Assembly: GCF_006345805.1 (NCBI RefSeq)
Contig: NC_043003.1
Coordinates: forward strand, 4,340,001 to 4,404,000
Direction of reading: 5' to 3'
Length of the DNA stretch: 64,000 nt
DNA from: Octopus sinensis
Taxonomy: Eukaryota
Part shown: positions 12,692-25,273 of the stretch, piece by piece
Position numbering within the stretch: the first letter of the stretch is position 1
Layout of the letters: every line of letters begins with the position of its first letter
Notes under the pieces: model-generated
Databases searched by the model: none
What the model saw: only the letters and a program-made list of their open reading frames with translations
Told to the model about the DNA's origin: nothing
Program-made: the position numbers and the translations under genes

Positions 12692-12698
12692 AATATGT
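12513..12698 (-). repeat. Right arm of the local inverted duplication
   Basis: GGAAATGGAATTAGAT...GAGAATGTAAGACTGAGTCTGAGCT...(TAG)n...AATATGT. Confidence 0.9.
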
Positions 12699-12958
12699 AT
12701 CTAGTCAAAAAACTCGCAAAGTGGCAGTAGTTGTTGGAGTGGTGGTGGTGGTGGTGGTGGTGGTGGTGGTGGTGGTTGGTGGTGGTGGTGGTGGTGTTAG
12801 TGCTGGTGGTGGTGATGGTTGTGTTTGGTGTAGTTAGTAGTGTAGATGTATACAAATGTGAAGAAGGAAATATATCCACACACACACTCACATATATATA
12901 TGTATATTCACTTATGTAACTATCTATTTATCAATCTCTCTCACTCTCCTTCTCTCTC

Positions 12959-12991
<33 letters not shown>

Positions 12992-12992
12992 A

Positions 12993-13154
12993 GGCGCAGG
13001 TGTGGCTGTGAGGTAAGCAGATTCCTTACCAACCACATGGTTCCGGGTTCAGTCCAACTGCGTGACACCTTGGGCAGGTGTCTTCTACTATAGCCTCGGG
13101 CCGACCAAAGCCTTGTGAGTGGATTTGGTAGACGGAAACTGAAAGAAGCCAGTC

Positions 13155-13156
<2 letters not shown>
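12993..13156 (+). mobile_element. SINE family A, 5' half
   Basis: Head and CORE-like region, breaking at the internal (TA)n. Confidence 0.9.
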
Positions 13157-14319
<1,163 letters not shown>

Positions 14320-14320
<1 letters not shown>

Positions 14321-14512
14321 GCCATGATAGATCGTTAGCCACTACACATTTTTTTTCTCCTAGTTTCTCTCCTTGTTTTTTCTGTGTCCCTTTCTGTAGA
14401 CGAGCGTAGGCTCGAAACGTAAAAGACTCTTTCTATTCCTGAGCGTTATACTAATACATCTGTTTGTTTTGTACACCACCTGTCTTCGTCTTTTGTTTTT
14501 TTCGTAAACTCT

Positions 14513-14515
<3 letters not shown>
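14320..14515 (+). mobile_element. Penelope-like terminal fragment, U6 hammerhead subfamily
   Basis: CGCCATGATAGATCG...CTTTCTGTAGACGAGCGTAGGCTCGAAACGTAAAAG...CTCTCCC(TA)n; near-identical copies at 31348 and 61678. Confidence 0.75.
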
Positions 14516-14548
<33 letters not shown>

Positions 14549-14670
14549 GCTTATTTATTTTTATTTATATTCATATTCGGAGCATGTGAACCTCGTTGCC
14601 ACTTAAATATATCTTAGCAGACTTTCAGAATCGTAAATCCTTTAGGTACAAAAGATTTCTTACATACCCA

Positions 14671-14723
<53 letters not shown>

Positions 14724-14781
14724 GTGTGTGGTGTGTGTGTGTGTGTGTGTGTGTGCGTGCGTGTATGTGTGTGTGTTATTG

Positions 14782-14818
<37 letters not shown>

Positions 14819-15175
14819 ATATGTATGCTTAATAGTTAAGCACCCGTCAAATTTAACAGGAATTTCCTTCAGTCTCTTTTCCGTAATTCTTAACATTTTG
14901 CTTTCAACCATTGCTCCATAATCGCAATTGTCATTCATTTTGTTTTATTTTCTCTTTAACATATTTCTTTCTACTCCTATCGTTTCAAAAGCTACATCAA
15001 CCGGAAATTCATCCTCGCTGTGCTTTCAGGTCAAAAATGACCAATCATCCAGCGTCGTAAGTCCTACAAGGCTCAGCACCAAGGTCACTTCTGTTCTCAG
15101 TAATGACATCTGAGCCTTTGAAAATAGACTCTTCTATTCGATCTATAAAAAGACGGACCATATTAATGCTATTTT

Positions 15176-15593
15176 ACTATTTTACTATTTCACTATTTTA
15201 CTTGTTTCAGGCATTTGACTGTGGCCATGCTGGAGCACCGCCTTTAGTCGAGCAAATTGACCCCAGGACTTGTTCTTTGTTAGCCTAGTACTTATTCTAT
15301 CGCTCTCTCTTGCCGAACCGCTAAGTGACGGGGACGTAAATACGCCAGCATCAGTTGTCAAGCGATGTTAGGGGGGTGACAAACACAGACACACAAACAT
15401 ATACACACACATATACATTATACATATATACGACGGGCTTCTTTCAGTTTCCGTCTACTAAATCCACTCACAAGGCTTTGGTCGACCCGAGGCTATAGTA
15501 GAAAACACTTGATCAAGGTGCCACGCAGTTGTACTGAACCCGGAGTTATGTGGTTCGTAAACAAGCTACTTACCACACAGCCACTCCTACGCC
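15176..15593 (-). mobile_element. SINE family A, full length
   Basis: Complete colinear match to the other copies. Confidence 0.95.
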
Positions 15594-15747
15594 TATGCAT
15601 GTACTATATTTTAGGGAATGTCAAGTTGTTCATAAAAAGACAGGGTTCGAATTGTGAGCGTGACCGTAGTCTGGAGGGGGTCAAGAATATTTGTAGTCTC
15701 TTTTATTATTTTTTTATCTTTTATCAGAGATACATATATGATTTAAA

Positions 15748-15902
15748 CGACGGGCTTCTTTTTGTTTCCGTCTGCCAACTAGGCTTTGATTGGCCCGAGA
15801 CTATAGCTGAAGACACTTTCCCAAGATCTTACACAGTGGGACTGAACCTTGAACAATAGCTGGGAAGAAAACTTCATACCACGCAGCCACACATGCGGCG
15901 CC
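15748..15902 (-). mobile_element. SINE family A, 5' half, diverged
   Basis: CGACGGGCTTCTT...GTGGGACTGAACC...CCACGCAGCCAC. Confidence 0.85.
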
Positions 15903-16369
15903 TATATGCACAGAAAAAAGTAGAAAATTTGAGGAGCTAGAAAAAATTACAGGCTCTCTGGATATGGGGGAAGATGCATCGTTGAATAATTCTAAATAGG
16001 AAACATAGAGAAGTACCACTTTTTACAGGGGGACGAGGGTACAAATGTAGGTATACAGTTATGAAAAAAAAAAGAAAGCACGTACAATATTCCTTTATTT
16101 TTATTTTAAAAAATTAAAAGTTGCGATAAAATTATAATAAGAGTAAAAATTGTCTACCAACATAACATGGCAGTGCTGGTTTTCTAATTTATAGATTAGT
16201 GACTAGTTGTCACTTTGAAAACTATATATTTCAAACGGGAATTTGGCAGCGTCAATTTAGCCGAACAATTATTCTGTGCTGATGAAGGGAAATAACCCGG
16301 AAATCGCGATACACAGATATTGTTTTGTGCTGAGTAAGGGTGCTAGATTCCCTTGTTCTAAAATATAAG

Positions 16370-16440
16370 GACACAGATTGTGTCATATAGCCAATTGGAG
16401 ACGATGTCTTCTGGGGCTAAATTACAGCAACATTCGTTCT
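16370..16440. repeat. Old unclassified repeat fragment
   Basis: GGACACAGA..GTGTC.AT.GCCA.TGGAG...CTGGGGCTAAA.TACAG also occurs at about 19444-19515. Confidence 0.5.
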
Positions 16441-17048
16441 AAACCAGGACTGTCATATTATTTTGGCAAACAATCTTTACTCCAAAGTACTATTGCTGAA
16501 TATCTCACGTTGTGAGATTTACAAATAGTAATTTCCAAAAGTATTATAGTTATGATAAATGTATTATTATGATTAATGGAACAGAAATTACCAAAAATGA
16601 AGCTAACTAATTTAATGTGCTAATTATTTTAATGAATTAAGTATTATAACATTTATGTGATACTTACTGTATACCTACTCTTGCACCGCTCCGGATATGA
16701 CTACCCCGCAAAACATTCTTAGTGAACTCACTTCGGTCTAAAAGAAAAATTTTTGGATTATTGCAGTTGGTGGAGCAAATGCTGCGTAAACTTCGCTAAC
16801 AACAGATTTCTAATACAGAAAACATGTTTCTTCAGGATCAGATCTCACCAAAATATACGTGATCCACAACCTATTGGAACTAACTATCAGCACATTATGA
16901 AAGAAGGAGTAAATCTTTAAGTAATTTCCAGAATATGTGACAAGAGGTATCTTAACCGGCGCGATACTGGCTTGCAATAGCCGGGCACTAACATCTATCA
17001 TCAACGACGCTATTGTTCACAATTTAGTATACACTTTACATGCGCGTG

Positions 17049-17089
<41 letters not shown>

Positions 17090-17091
<2 letters not shown>

Positions 17092-17326
17092 GGCAGCGAG
17101 CTGGCAGACACGTTAGCACGCCGGGCGAAATGCGTAGCCGTATTTCGTCTGTCTTTACGTTCTGAGTTCAAATTCCGCCGAGGTCGACTTTGCCTTTCAT
17201 CCTTTCGGGCACGATAAATTAAGTACCAGTTACGCACTGGGGTCGATGTAATCGACTTAATCCGTTGTTTGTCTGTCCTTGTTTGTCCCCTCTGTGTTTA
17301 GCCCCTTGTGGGTAGTAAAGAAATAG
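17090..17326 (+). mobile_element. SINE family B, full length
   Basis: AAGGCAGCGAGCTGGCAG to GTAGTAAAGAAATAG. Confidence 0.95.
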
Positions 17327-17669
17327 TATATGTGTGTGTGTATGCGGGTGTGTATGTGTGTGTCTGTGTCTGTGTGTCCACCAGTGTATTTGCGTTGTTT
17401 TTGTAGTTGAGCCCCAGGTCATGTTTAATCAAACATATCTAAAATATATAATGTTCCATCTGTGACCATCACGACATATTGTATTCCTAGAACTGGTATT
17501 TTCTAACGGGTTACTTTTATAAGACAACTAAGTGGATTATTAAACATTCAGCTGCTATATCTAGCATTTGGAACGTCCACCCGCGAGAGGGTTTGTTGTT
17601 TGGCCCCTAATTCTGCGTTGGCATATATGATATATATCCTTAATAATTGCGCTGATTTGTTTATAGAAG

Positions 17670-17936
17670 TTATTTCGATTCCAGACTATCAAAGATCGGC
17701 GAAGGAATGTCAACGCTTTCCGTTAATCCATCGCTGCCACAAGTAAATAGTTGTCTTGTGTTTTCCTTTCGACATTCTGCGATTGTTTCAGGAGACGCCA
17801 TTGTCGACATTCGTGTTGTGGCTTCTGGCCTTGCTTCACACTTGATGCTCCACCGGTTATTATTGTTGCTGTTGTGGTTGTTGTTGTTGTCGCTATCTCC
17901 ATCAGATGGAACAATAGAGTAATTGGAGGTTTGCAT
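17670..17936 (-). CDS. Possible exon or short ORF with an Asn-rich segment, product unknown
   Basis: 88-codon ORF MQTSNYSIV...DNNNNHNSNNNNRWSIKCEARPE...FDSLESK* in GC-balanced unique DNA; four of six frames are open and there are no convincing splice sites. Confidence 0.2.
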   Translation of the reverse strand: MQTSNYSIVPSDGDSDNNNNHNSNNNNRWSIKCEARPEATTRMSTMASPETIAECRKENTRQLFTCGSDGLTESVDIPSPIFDSLESK

Positions 17937-17984
17937 TGCACGAGATGTGTGGGTGTGTGTAATGTGTGTATGATGCGTGAATAA

Positions 17985-18023
<39 letters not shown>

Positions 18024-18094
18024 TATGTGTGTGTGTGTGTGTGTATGTGTGTATTATATATGAATATATATATGCATGTATGCATGCAAATATG

Positions 18095-18136
<42 letters not shown>

Positions 18137-18356
18137 TGTGTGTGTGAGAGAGAGAGGGAGAGAGAGTATGTGTGTGTGTGTGTGTGGTGATGTGTGTGGG
18201 GATTTGGATGCGTGTGTATGTGATGTGTTGGGTGCGAGTGGATGTGAGATATATTGTGGTTGTGTGCGTATGTAAATGTGTGTGAAGCTTGTAATGGGTG
18301 GCAAATGGGATACATTAAATATGTGTGTATGTGTGATATGTATAGTTGTCTGTATG

Positions 18357-18564
18357 AAGGCGGCGAGCTGGCAGAAACGTTAGCATGCCGGGCGACTACG
18401 TTCCGAGTTCAAATTCCGCCGAGGTCGACTTTGCTCTTCATCCTTTCGGGGTTGATTAAATAAGTAGCAGTTACGCGCTGGGGTCGATATAATCGACTTA
18501 ATCCGTTTGTCTGTCCTTGTTTGTCCCCTCTATGTTTAGCCCCTTGTGGGTAGTAAAGAAATAG
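18357..18564 (+). mobile_element. SINE family B with internal deletion
   Basis: Lacks about 25 bp between CCGGGCGA and CTACGTT. Confidence 0.9.
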
Positions 18565-18944
18565 ATATAGTTGTGTGTATGTCTGTCTGTGCGTGGTTTT
18601 ATGCATATGATTGCGTGTGTGAGAAAGAGAGAGAGAGAGAGAGTGTGTGTGTGTGTGTGCGTGCGTGTGAGTGCGTGCGTGTGAGTGCGTGCGTGTGTAT
18701 GTATGTGTGCGTGTGTGTGAATGAGAGAGACCAAGAGACTGTGTGCGTGTATTCAGAATCCATACAAAAGAAAAGTGTGAGAAGAAAAGGAGGGAAAATA
18801 TTAGAAACTTGTAGTCCCTTCATAGACAGACCAGCTGGATGGTCACGGTTGGGAAAACTTTAATGATAAGTTCACTGCAATAATAACATACAATACACCA
18901 TTAAATTGGTTTCATATTTTCGCACAGTTTCGAGGAAGGGGATA

Positions 18945-19109
18945 AATTGATCACATCGACCCAAGTAAGTAACTGGTACTTTATTTATCGACCTCGAAAG
19001 GATGAAAGACAAAGTTGACCTCGGCGGAATACCTATTTCTTTACTACCCACAAGGGGCTAAACACAGAGAGGACAAACAAGGACAGACAAGCGGATTAAG
19101 TCGATTACA
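18945..19109 (-). mobile_element. Two fused SINE family B fragments
   Basis: Central domain ending CTCGGCGGAAT joined directly to ACCTATTTCTTTACTACC...GTCGATTACA. Confidence 0.85.
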
Positions 19110-19405
19110 ACTTATGATACACACGGACTCGAGTTTCGAGGTATTGACCTCTCGTCAGCGTGTGACAATCATAGTTGTCATATTGAAATGGCAAAAATAC
19201 GTCACGATGTGTTACCGCTACTGTATATAACTCACTTTGATATTTATCATTGTTTGATTTCACTTTTTCAATATCAGCGACAGTGGACGCTGGAAAAAGT
19301 ATAAGTATTTGTGAAGGAAATCTAATTCTCGCCGACAACTATGATTGTCACACGCTGACGAGAGGTCAATACCTCGAAACTCGAGTCCGTGTGTATCATA
19401 AGTTG
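19108..19405. repeat. Perfect 72-bp inverted repeat with a 154-bp spacer
   Basis: 19108-19179 is the exact reverse complement of 19334-19405; spacer 19180-19251 is identical to 19533-19604. Confidence 0.95.
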
Positions 19406-19610
19406 AAGACGGGAAGGATGACTTCCCTTTGCAAATACTGACAGGACACAGAAAGTGTGTCTATGGCCAGCTGGAGGAGTGTGTCCTCCTGGGGCTAAAA
19501 ACTACAGTAGCATCCACCCTTAGGGGTTAGCCATATTGAAATGGCAAAAATACGTCACGATGTGTTACCGCTACTGTATATAACTCACTTTGATATTTAT
19601 CATTATATAT

Positions 19611-19691
<81 letters not shown>

Positions 19692-19699
19692 TGTATATG

Positions 19700-19910
19700 G
19701 TTATTCTAAACATGAACAAAGAGAAAACACAACAACACGAGGACTTGGAATAGGTACAGTGTTATTGAACGCTCAGGAAAGAAAAGAAAGAAGGAGGATT
19801 TAACGTTTCAAGCAGAGCTCTTCGTCAGAAACATAGGAAAAGGAAAGATCCAAGGAAGGGAAAACGGAGAAAGAAAATCGCCAATGGTACACGCGGTCAC
19901 TTATTGAAAT
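19700..19910 (-). mobile_element. Penelope-like terminal fragment with canonical-core hammerhead-like motif
   Basis: Minus strand GTTTCTGACGAAGAGCTCTGCTTGAAACGTTAAAT (19797-19832). Confidence 0.7.
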
Positions 19911-20140
19911 GGCCGGAAGGGAATGGGTAAAGAAGAAGGGATTGAAGGTTTTGGAGGAAGGAGTGGAGGTCAGACATGGTGATAGGGTGTGAATGTTGGT
20001 GTTGGTGTAAATGGTGGCGACAAAAAAAGAAACCCTCTCTATCTCTCTGTTTATCTATCTATATCCCTCTCAATATGTATGAATGCGTGTATGTGTGTGA
20101 GTGTGTGAATTGTAATTATTACTACAGATTTCGGAGAGAC

Positions 20141-20173
<33 letters not shown>

Positions 20174-20904
20174 AGAGATAAAGAGAGAGAGAGATTACTG
20201 AGTGACACTATAAGTTAAACGACTAACTAGGCGGGTGATAGCAAACAGGCAGAACAGTAAAATGCATGATTGTTTAACAGTGATTTATTACATCAGTATA
20301 ACAGCAACCGCTTTAGTATTGTCATTCCATGCAGCAGTCACCCCTAGGTCGTTCTTTTAAGTGGCACTGTGAATTCTGCTATACGCCGACACTTCCGTAT
20401 AAAACCAGACTGTCACCAAGTGATATAAAGCCGTTAATCACCACACATGAGAGGGAGAAAGGATTATAGTACGTTGCTTGTGACAGACACAAGATTCTGA
20501 TGGTCTGGTTTCATGCTTCTACATACTGACAACAAGATCAGAACCATTACAGAGATGTCATAATCTGTGACAAACAGATATTTTTCTTTTCTTTCGGATT
20601 ACAAATCTTTGGATTAAAATACAAAGGTTACATGGTGCAAGGAAATCGGAGTAAAAATAAGGTCTCGTACAGCAAGTGTAGTCGTGTTGATTAGAAGATT
20701 GGTAACCGATCACAAGTGTAGCACCTTGAGCAATATTTTCGTTCATAATCTCGGGTCGACCAAAGTCTTTTATGTACGATTTCGACGAAATAAGCTATGT
20801 GCGTGTGAGTGCGCTCATCGGCGCTCCGGCTTTCCAGTAGAGATAATCCATCGTTCAGTTTAACCCAGCCGTCTTCATCTTGGATGTCTAAACGGATCCT
20901 CTCT

Positions 20905-21050
20905 GCCCCACGATTCCGGTATCAAAATATTGACCGCCGAAAGGGCGAAATGCAAAGACGACTCCGGGTGGAATTTGAATTCTGTAAGTTAAGCAAGAAC
21001 TGTCGCTAAGCATTTTGTCGGCATGCTAACGGTTATGCCTGCGCACTGCC
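20905..21050 (-). mobile_element. Old SINE family B copy
   Basis: GACCGCCGAAAGGGCGAAATGCAAAGACGAC...GGAATTTGAA...CTAAGCATTT...GCTAACG. Confidence 0.7.
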
Positions 21051-21052
21051 TG

Positions 21053-21430
<378 letters not shown>

Positions 21431-21439
21431 GCAGTGTGT

Positions 21440-22957
21440 GAAGGCAGAATATCAGTTCAGAAATAGCAATAGAAAGATTAACCATTTGCCCTACATGGAT
21501 GATCTGAACTTTTTTAGTAAGAATGAAAAAGGGATAGATTCCTTAATACGGACTGTAAAACTCTTCCGTAAAGATGATAGATAAGAGCAACATATTAGTC
21601 ATGAGAAGGGGACAGGTAGTCAACAGCGAAGGCATCCAATTACCAGATGGCCAGACATTAGAATCAAGGAGCATTAGAATCTTACAGAATCTAAATGAAA
21701 ACGAAAATTAAGGAGTACATCAGAAGAGTAAGGAAGCTAATGAAGTCAAAATCTAAATGGTTCGAATCTAGAGAAGTCTGCAAATACTTGGACAGTATAA
21801 TTACTTCGATACTCAGCAGCTTTTGTAGATTGGACAAAAACTGAATTAGCAAAGCTAGACAGAAGAACTGGGAAGGAATTGAATATGAATGGAGGACTCC
21901 ACCATCAAGGGCAGGAGTAGCAAGATTATACCTACTTGGAAAGGAAGACGGAAGAGGGTTAATATCAGTAGAAGACTGTGTGGAGTTAGCTAGAGTAGAT
22001 ATAGACTCCTATGTAGGTAATAGCGAAGGAAGTTTATTAAAAGCTGCTAGGGTCACAACAAGACATAGGGAAACCAAAAATCCAAATGAAGTTAAAAACC
22101 AGAAAAAATGAACAGAAATTATCTGACTGGCAGGAGAAGGTATTGCATGGTAGATTCCCAAAGATAGTTTCAGCAAATAGTAGTAGTAATACATGGTTAT
22201 GGCTGCAAACGCAAAATACTGAAGAGGGTGATAGAAAGTTTGTTAGTAGCTGCACAAGATCAAGCATTAAGGATTAATTGGATAAAAGCCAAAATAGACA
22301 AAAACCAAGTAGATTCCAAATGTAGATTATGCAAATCAAAAGAGGAAAGCGTTACACATATAGTAAGAGAATGTAGCATGCTGGCAGAGAAAGAATACAA
22401 GAAAAGACACGACAATTTGGGGAGAGTAATCCACCGGGAGTGATGTAGAAAGCTAGGATCTGAATATACTGAAAAATGATATGAACATGAACCTGGTATA
22501 GTACTAGAAAGTAAGAAGTACAAGATTTTGTGGGACTTTAACATTCAGACTGACAGAGTAATAAAATCTAGAAGTCCTGATTTGCTGGTAGTAGATAAAG
22601 AGAATAGAAAGTGCGAGATTAAATTGACTTTACAGTTCCAATTGATGAAAAAATCAATATGAGAGGAATAGAGGAAATAGCAAAATATTAGGACCTAGCT
22701 ATTGGATTACAGAGACTATGGAAAGTGCGGGTAAAAGGTATCCCAGTTGTTATAGGTGCATTGGGAACTATCCCTAAAGATCTGAAGAGATGGATAGAGG
22801 AAATAGGCATAAAACCCAGTTTAGTACAGCTCCAGAAAACAATGTTATTAGGGACAACTAGGATACTTAGGAGGGTTTTTGGCATCTAAGGTTACTTGTT
22901 GTAGCCCGATGTTAGGATTCTTTTCTTTTCCAACAGTCTAATCTGCTGAGAGTTTAT
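21440..22957 (+). mobile_element. 5'-truncated R4/Dong-type non-LTR retrotransposon (RT + CCHC + restriction-like endonuclease), decayed
   Basis: KINHLPYMDDL (RT); KCRLCKSKEESVTHIVRECS (zinc knuckle); KRHDN; LWDFNIQTD...PDLLVVDKE and PVVIGALG...LLGTTRILRR (RLE); ends in (AAT)n. Confidence 0.9.
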
Positions 22958-22985
22958 GAATAATAATAAAATAATAATAATAATA

Positions 22986-23026
<41 letters not shown>

Positions 23027-23123
23027 TAATAATAATAATATATAATAATAATATAATAATAATAATAATAATAATATTAATAATATAATAATAATAATAA
23101 TAATAACACACAACAACAACAAC

Positions 23124-23154
<31 letters not shown>

Positions 23155-23177
23155 TAATAATAATAACAATAATAATG

Positions 23178-23246
<69 letters not shown>

Positions 23247-23286
23247 TAATAACAATAATAATGATAATAATAATAATAATAATGAT

Positions 23287-23322
<36 letters not shown>

Positions 23323-23340
23323 AATAATAATAATAATAAT
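22958..23340. repeat. (AAT)n / (AAC)n array at the LINE 3' end
   Basis: Seen directly. Confidence 0.95.
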
Positions 23341-23579
23341 TTGTTAACTGGATATGGTGAAGAAGGAACATGAACCAAACCTTTGAAAAATCATACACAT
23401 CTCAGCTCACCTTTATACACAACCCTCAAACCAAAGAAGCCTTAATGGGTCCCTCACAAGTTCAAGATTAGCAATTCTATAGCAAAACCTACACAGCAGA
23501 CATTCCATACAGGCACCTTCCTCTTTCGATAATAATAAACAGACTTTGGCCTTTATGGAGATAGTTTCCTGTTAACTTA

Positions 23580-23676
23580 TTTCTTTACTACCCACAAGGA
23601 GCTAAACACAGAGAAGACAAACAAGGACAGACAAACGGATTAAGTCGATTACATCGACCCCAGTGCGTACCTGGTA
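23580..23676 (-). mobile_element. 5'-truncated SINE family B with 12-bp TSD
   Basis: TSD CCTGTTAACTTA at 23568-23579 and 23677-23688. Confidence 0.95.
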
Positions 23677-23861
23677 CCTGTTAACTTACTGCCATTCGAA
23701 CAGCCAGCAACTAGATTTAGGAAACGTCTCATTAATCCATTTAAACAATCTAGTTTAAGAGTTACTACTCATGAAAATAGTTAGTATTGTAAGACATTGC
23801 ATTGAAGTACAAGGATGCATTAACCTAACTGCAAGTTTAATAAGTTAATATATATTAATAA

Positions 23862-24259
23862 CTAGCAGTAACGCCCGGCGTTGCTCGGGTTTGTAAGGGA
23901 AATAACTATATAAGCATTTTTAGAGAGTTATAGCCAAAAAATAGCAAAAAAATGCATTAAAAATGGAAAAAAAATGATGGTAAATTTTTTTTTAAATCGT
24001 TGACTCATCGTAGACATTTTTAGAGAGTTACTTCCCTTAGCGAAAAAATGCATTAAAATGGAAAAAATGATGGTAAATTATTTTTAAAATCGTAGACTCA
24101 TCGTAGACGCGCGCTAATACCCAGAAGGGCTTGATATGAATCACGACTATAAGATACCCGCTTTTAGTTACACTGCACCGCAAAATGTAGGAGTAGTTAG
24201 GAATCTAAATCGTAGGAGACAGACAGACACACAACTTCTCTTTTATATATAAAGATAGA
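23862..24259 (-). mobile_element. Non-autonomous Helitron with an internal tandem subrepeat of about 100 bp
   Basis: Minus strand: A|TCTATCTTTATATATAAAAG ... CCCGAGCAACGCCGGG hairpin ... CTAG|T; internal CATTTTTAGAGAGTTA...TCATCGTAGAC occurs twice. Confidence 0.85.
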
Positions 24260-24710
24260 TATAACCACCACCACTTATAGCCTTGAAGAACCTAGAACGA
24301 AATATTATTCACTGCATTGGAGTATCTCATCAGAAGAAATTTTTAGATTAAAATATTGACTAGTTTCTTGAGTCCGCATATATTATACCACCTAATAATA
24401 TCTCACAACACCAGAAAAGCAACGCAGGCAGTGTTTCCTATGTGCAAATCATCCTTTAGTCTAGTAATCGCTACCAACATTGGTAAGACATTCTCAAATA
24501 ACGTACAGCGATGTTTCCTTAACAGTCATAGATACTGCGATGTCTTTCACATAAACTCTTTGAACGACAGCTAAGCCTACATGTTTGACAATTGATGAGG
24601 ATGTAGTCAAACTAACAGAAAACGAAACCTATGGTGAAAGTAGGATTTGCAAAACGTATTCCAAGTGTTGGATTGCGTCACTTATTTAGCAAGGAAGAAT
24701 CGTTGTCTTG

Positions 24711-25273
24711 AAGAATTTAAACTTTTTTCTACAGTTTTTCGGTCAATTCAACGAGCAAGCTTAGCAAAAATAAATAGATAAAAAGATAAATAAATGAATA
24801 AAATATTAATAAACAATCACTTTGCTAAAATGAGGAAGTGAGCTGGTCTTGAAATGTAGCCTGTAGAAGTATACTTTTATAAAATTTGTCCTACCAATAA
24901 TTTGCATATACCCCAGCCACATTGTGAAAATTATTTGAAATTTTTAGATATTCTTCGAATTCCTGAAATTCTTCGATCTTTACAAAAGCCACGAAATTTC
25001 CAGGTAAAAATTATTCTACTGCGTTTTGAGATGAAACTCCATAAAGACCATGAATTCTAGTTTTAGCGCCTTGTATATTTTCCACCCAGTGCCCACAAAT
25101 TCCCTTACTTTGTTCCACGAGATATTACAACCAATTTTAATTTCGTTTAATTGATTTCATGATTTGTTTATTTATTAATATTTTATTCATTTATTTATCT
25201 ATTCATCTATTTATTTTTGCTAAGCTTTCTCGTGGAATTGACTGAGAAACTGTAGCAAAAAGTTTAAATTCTT
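24711..25273. mobile_element. MITE or fold-back-like element with imperfect TIRs of about 105 bp
   Basis: 24711-24815 (AAGAATTTAAACTTTT...AAGCTTAGCAAAAATAAATAG) is reverse complementary to 25168-25273; no clear TSD. Confidence 0.7.

Noticed and set aside
15030-15056. 27-nt micro-exon between TTTCAG and GTAAGT
   Set aside because: Such pairs are expected by chance in 64 kb, and there is no host gene to anchor it
14830-15110. Minus-strand frame resembling a signal peptide plus dibasic-site precursor (MSLLRTEVTLVLSLVGL...)
   Set aside because: Two in-frame stops, no recognisable peptide motif and no supporting splice structure
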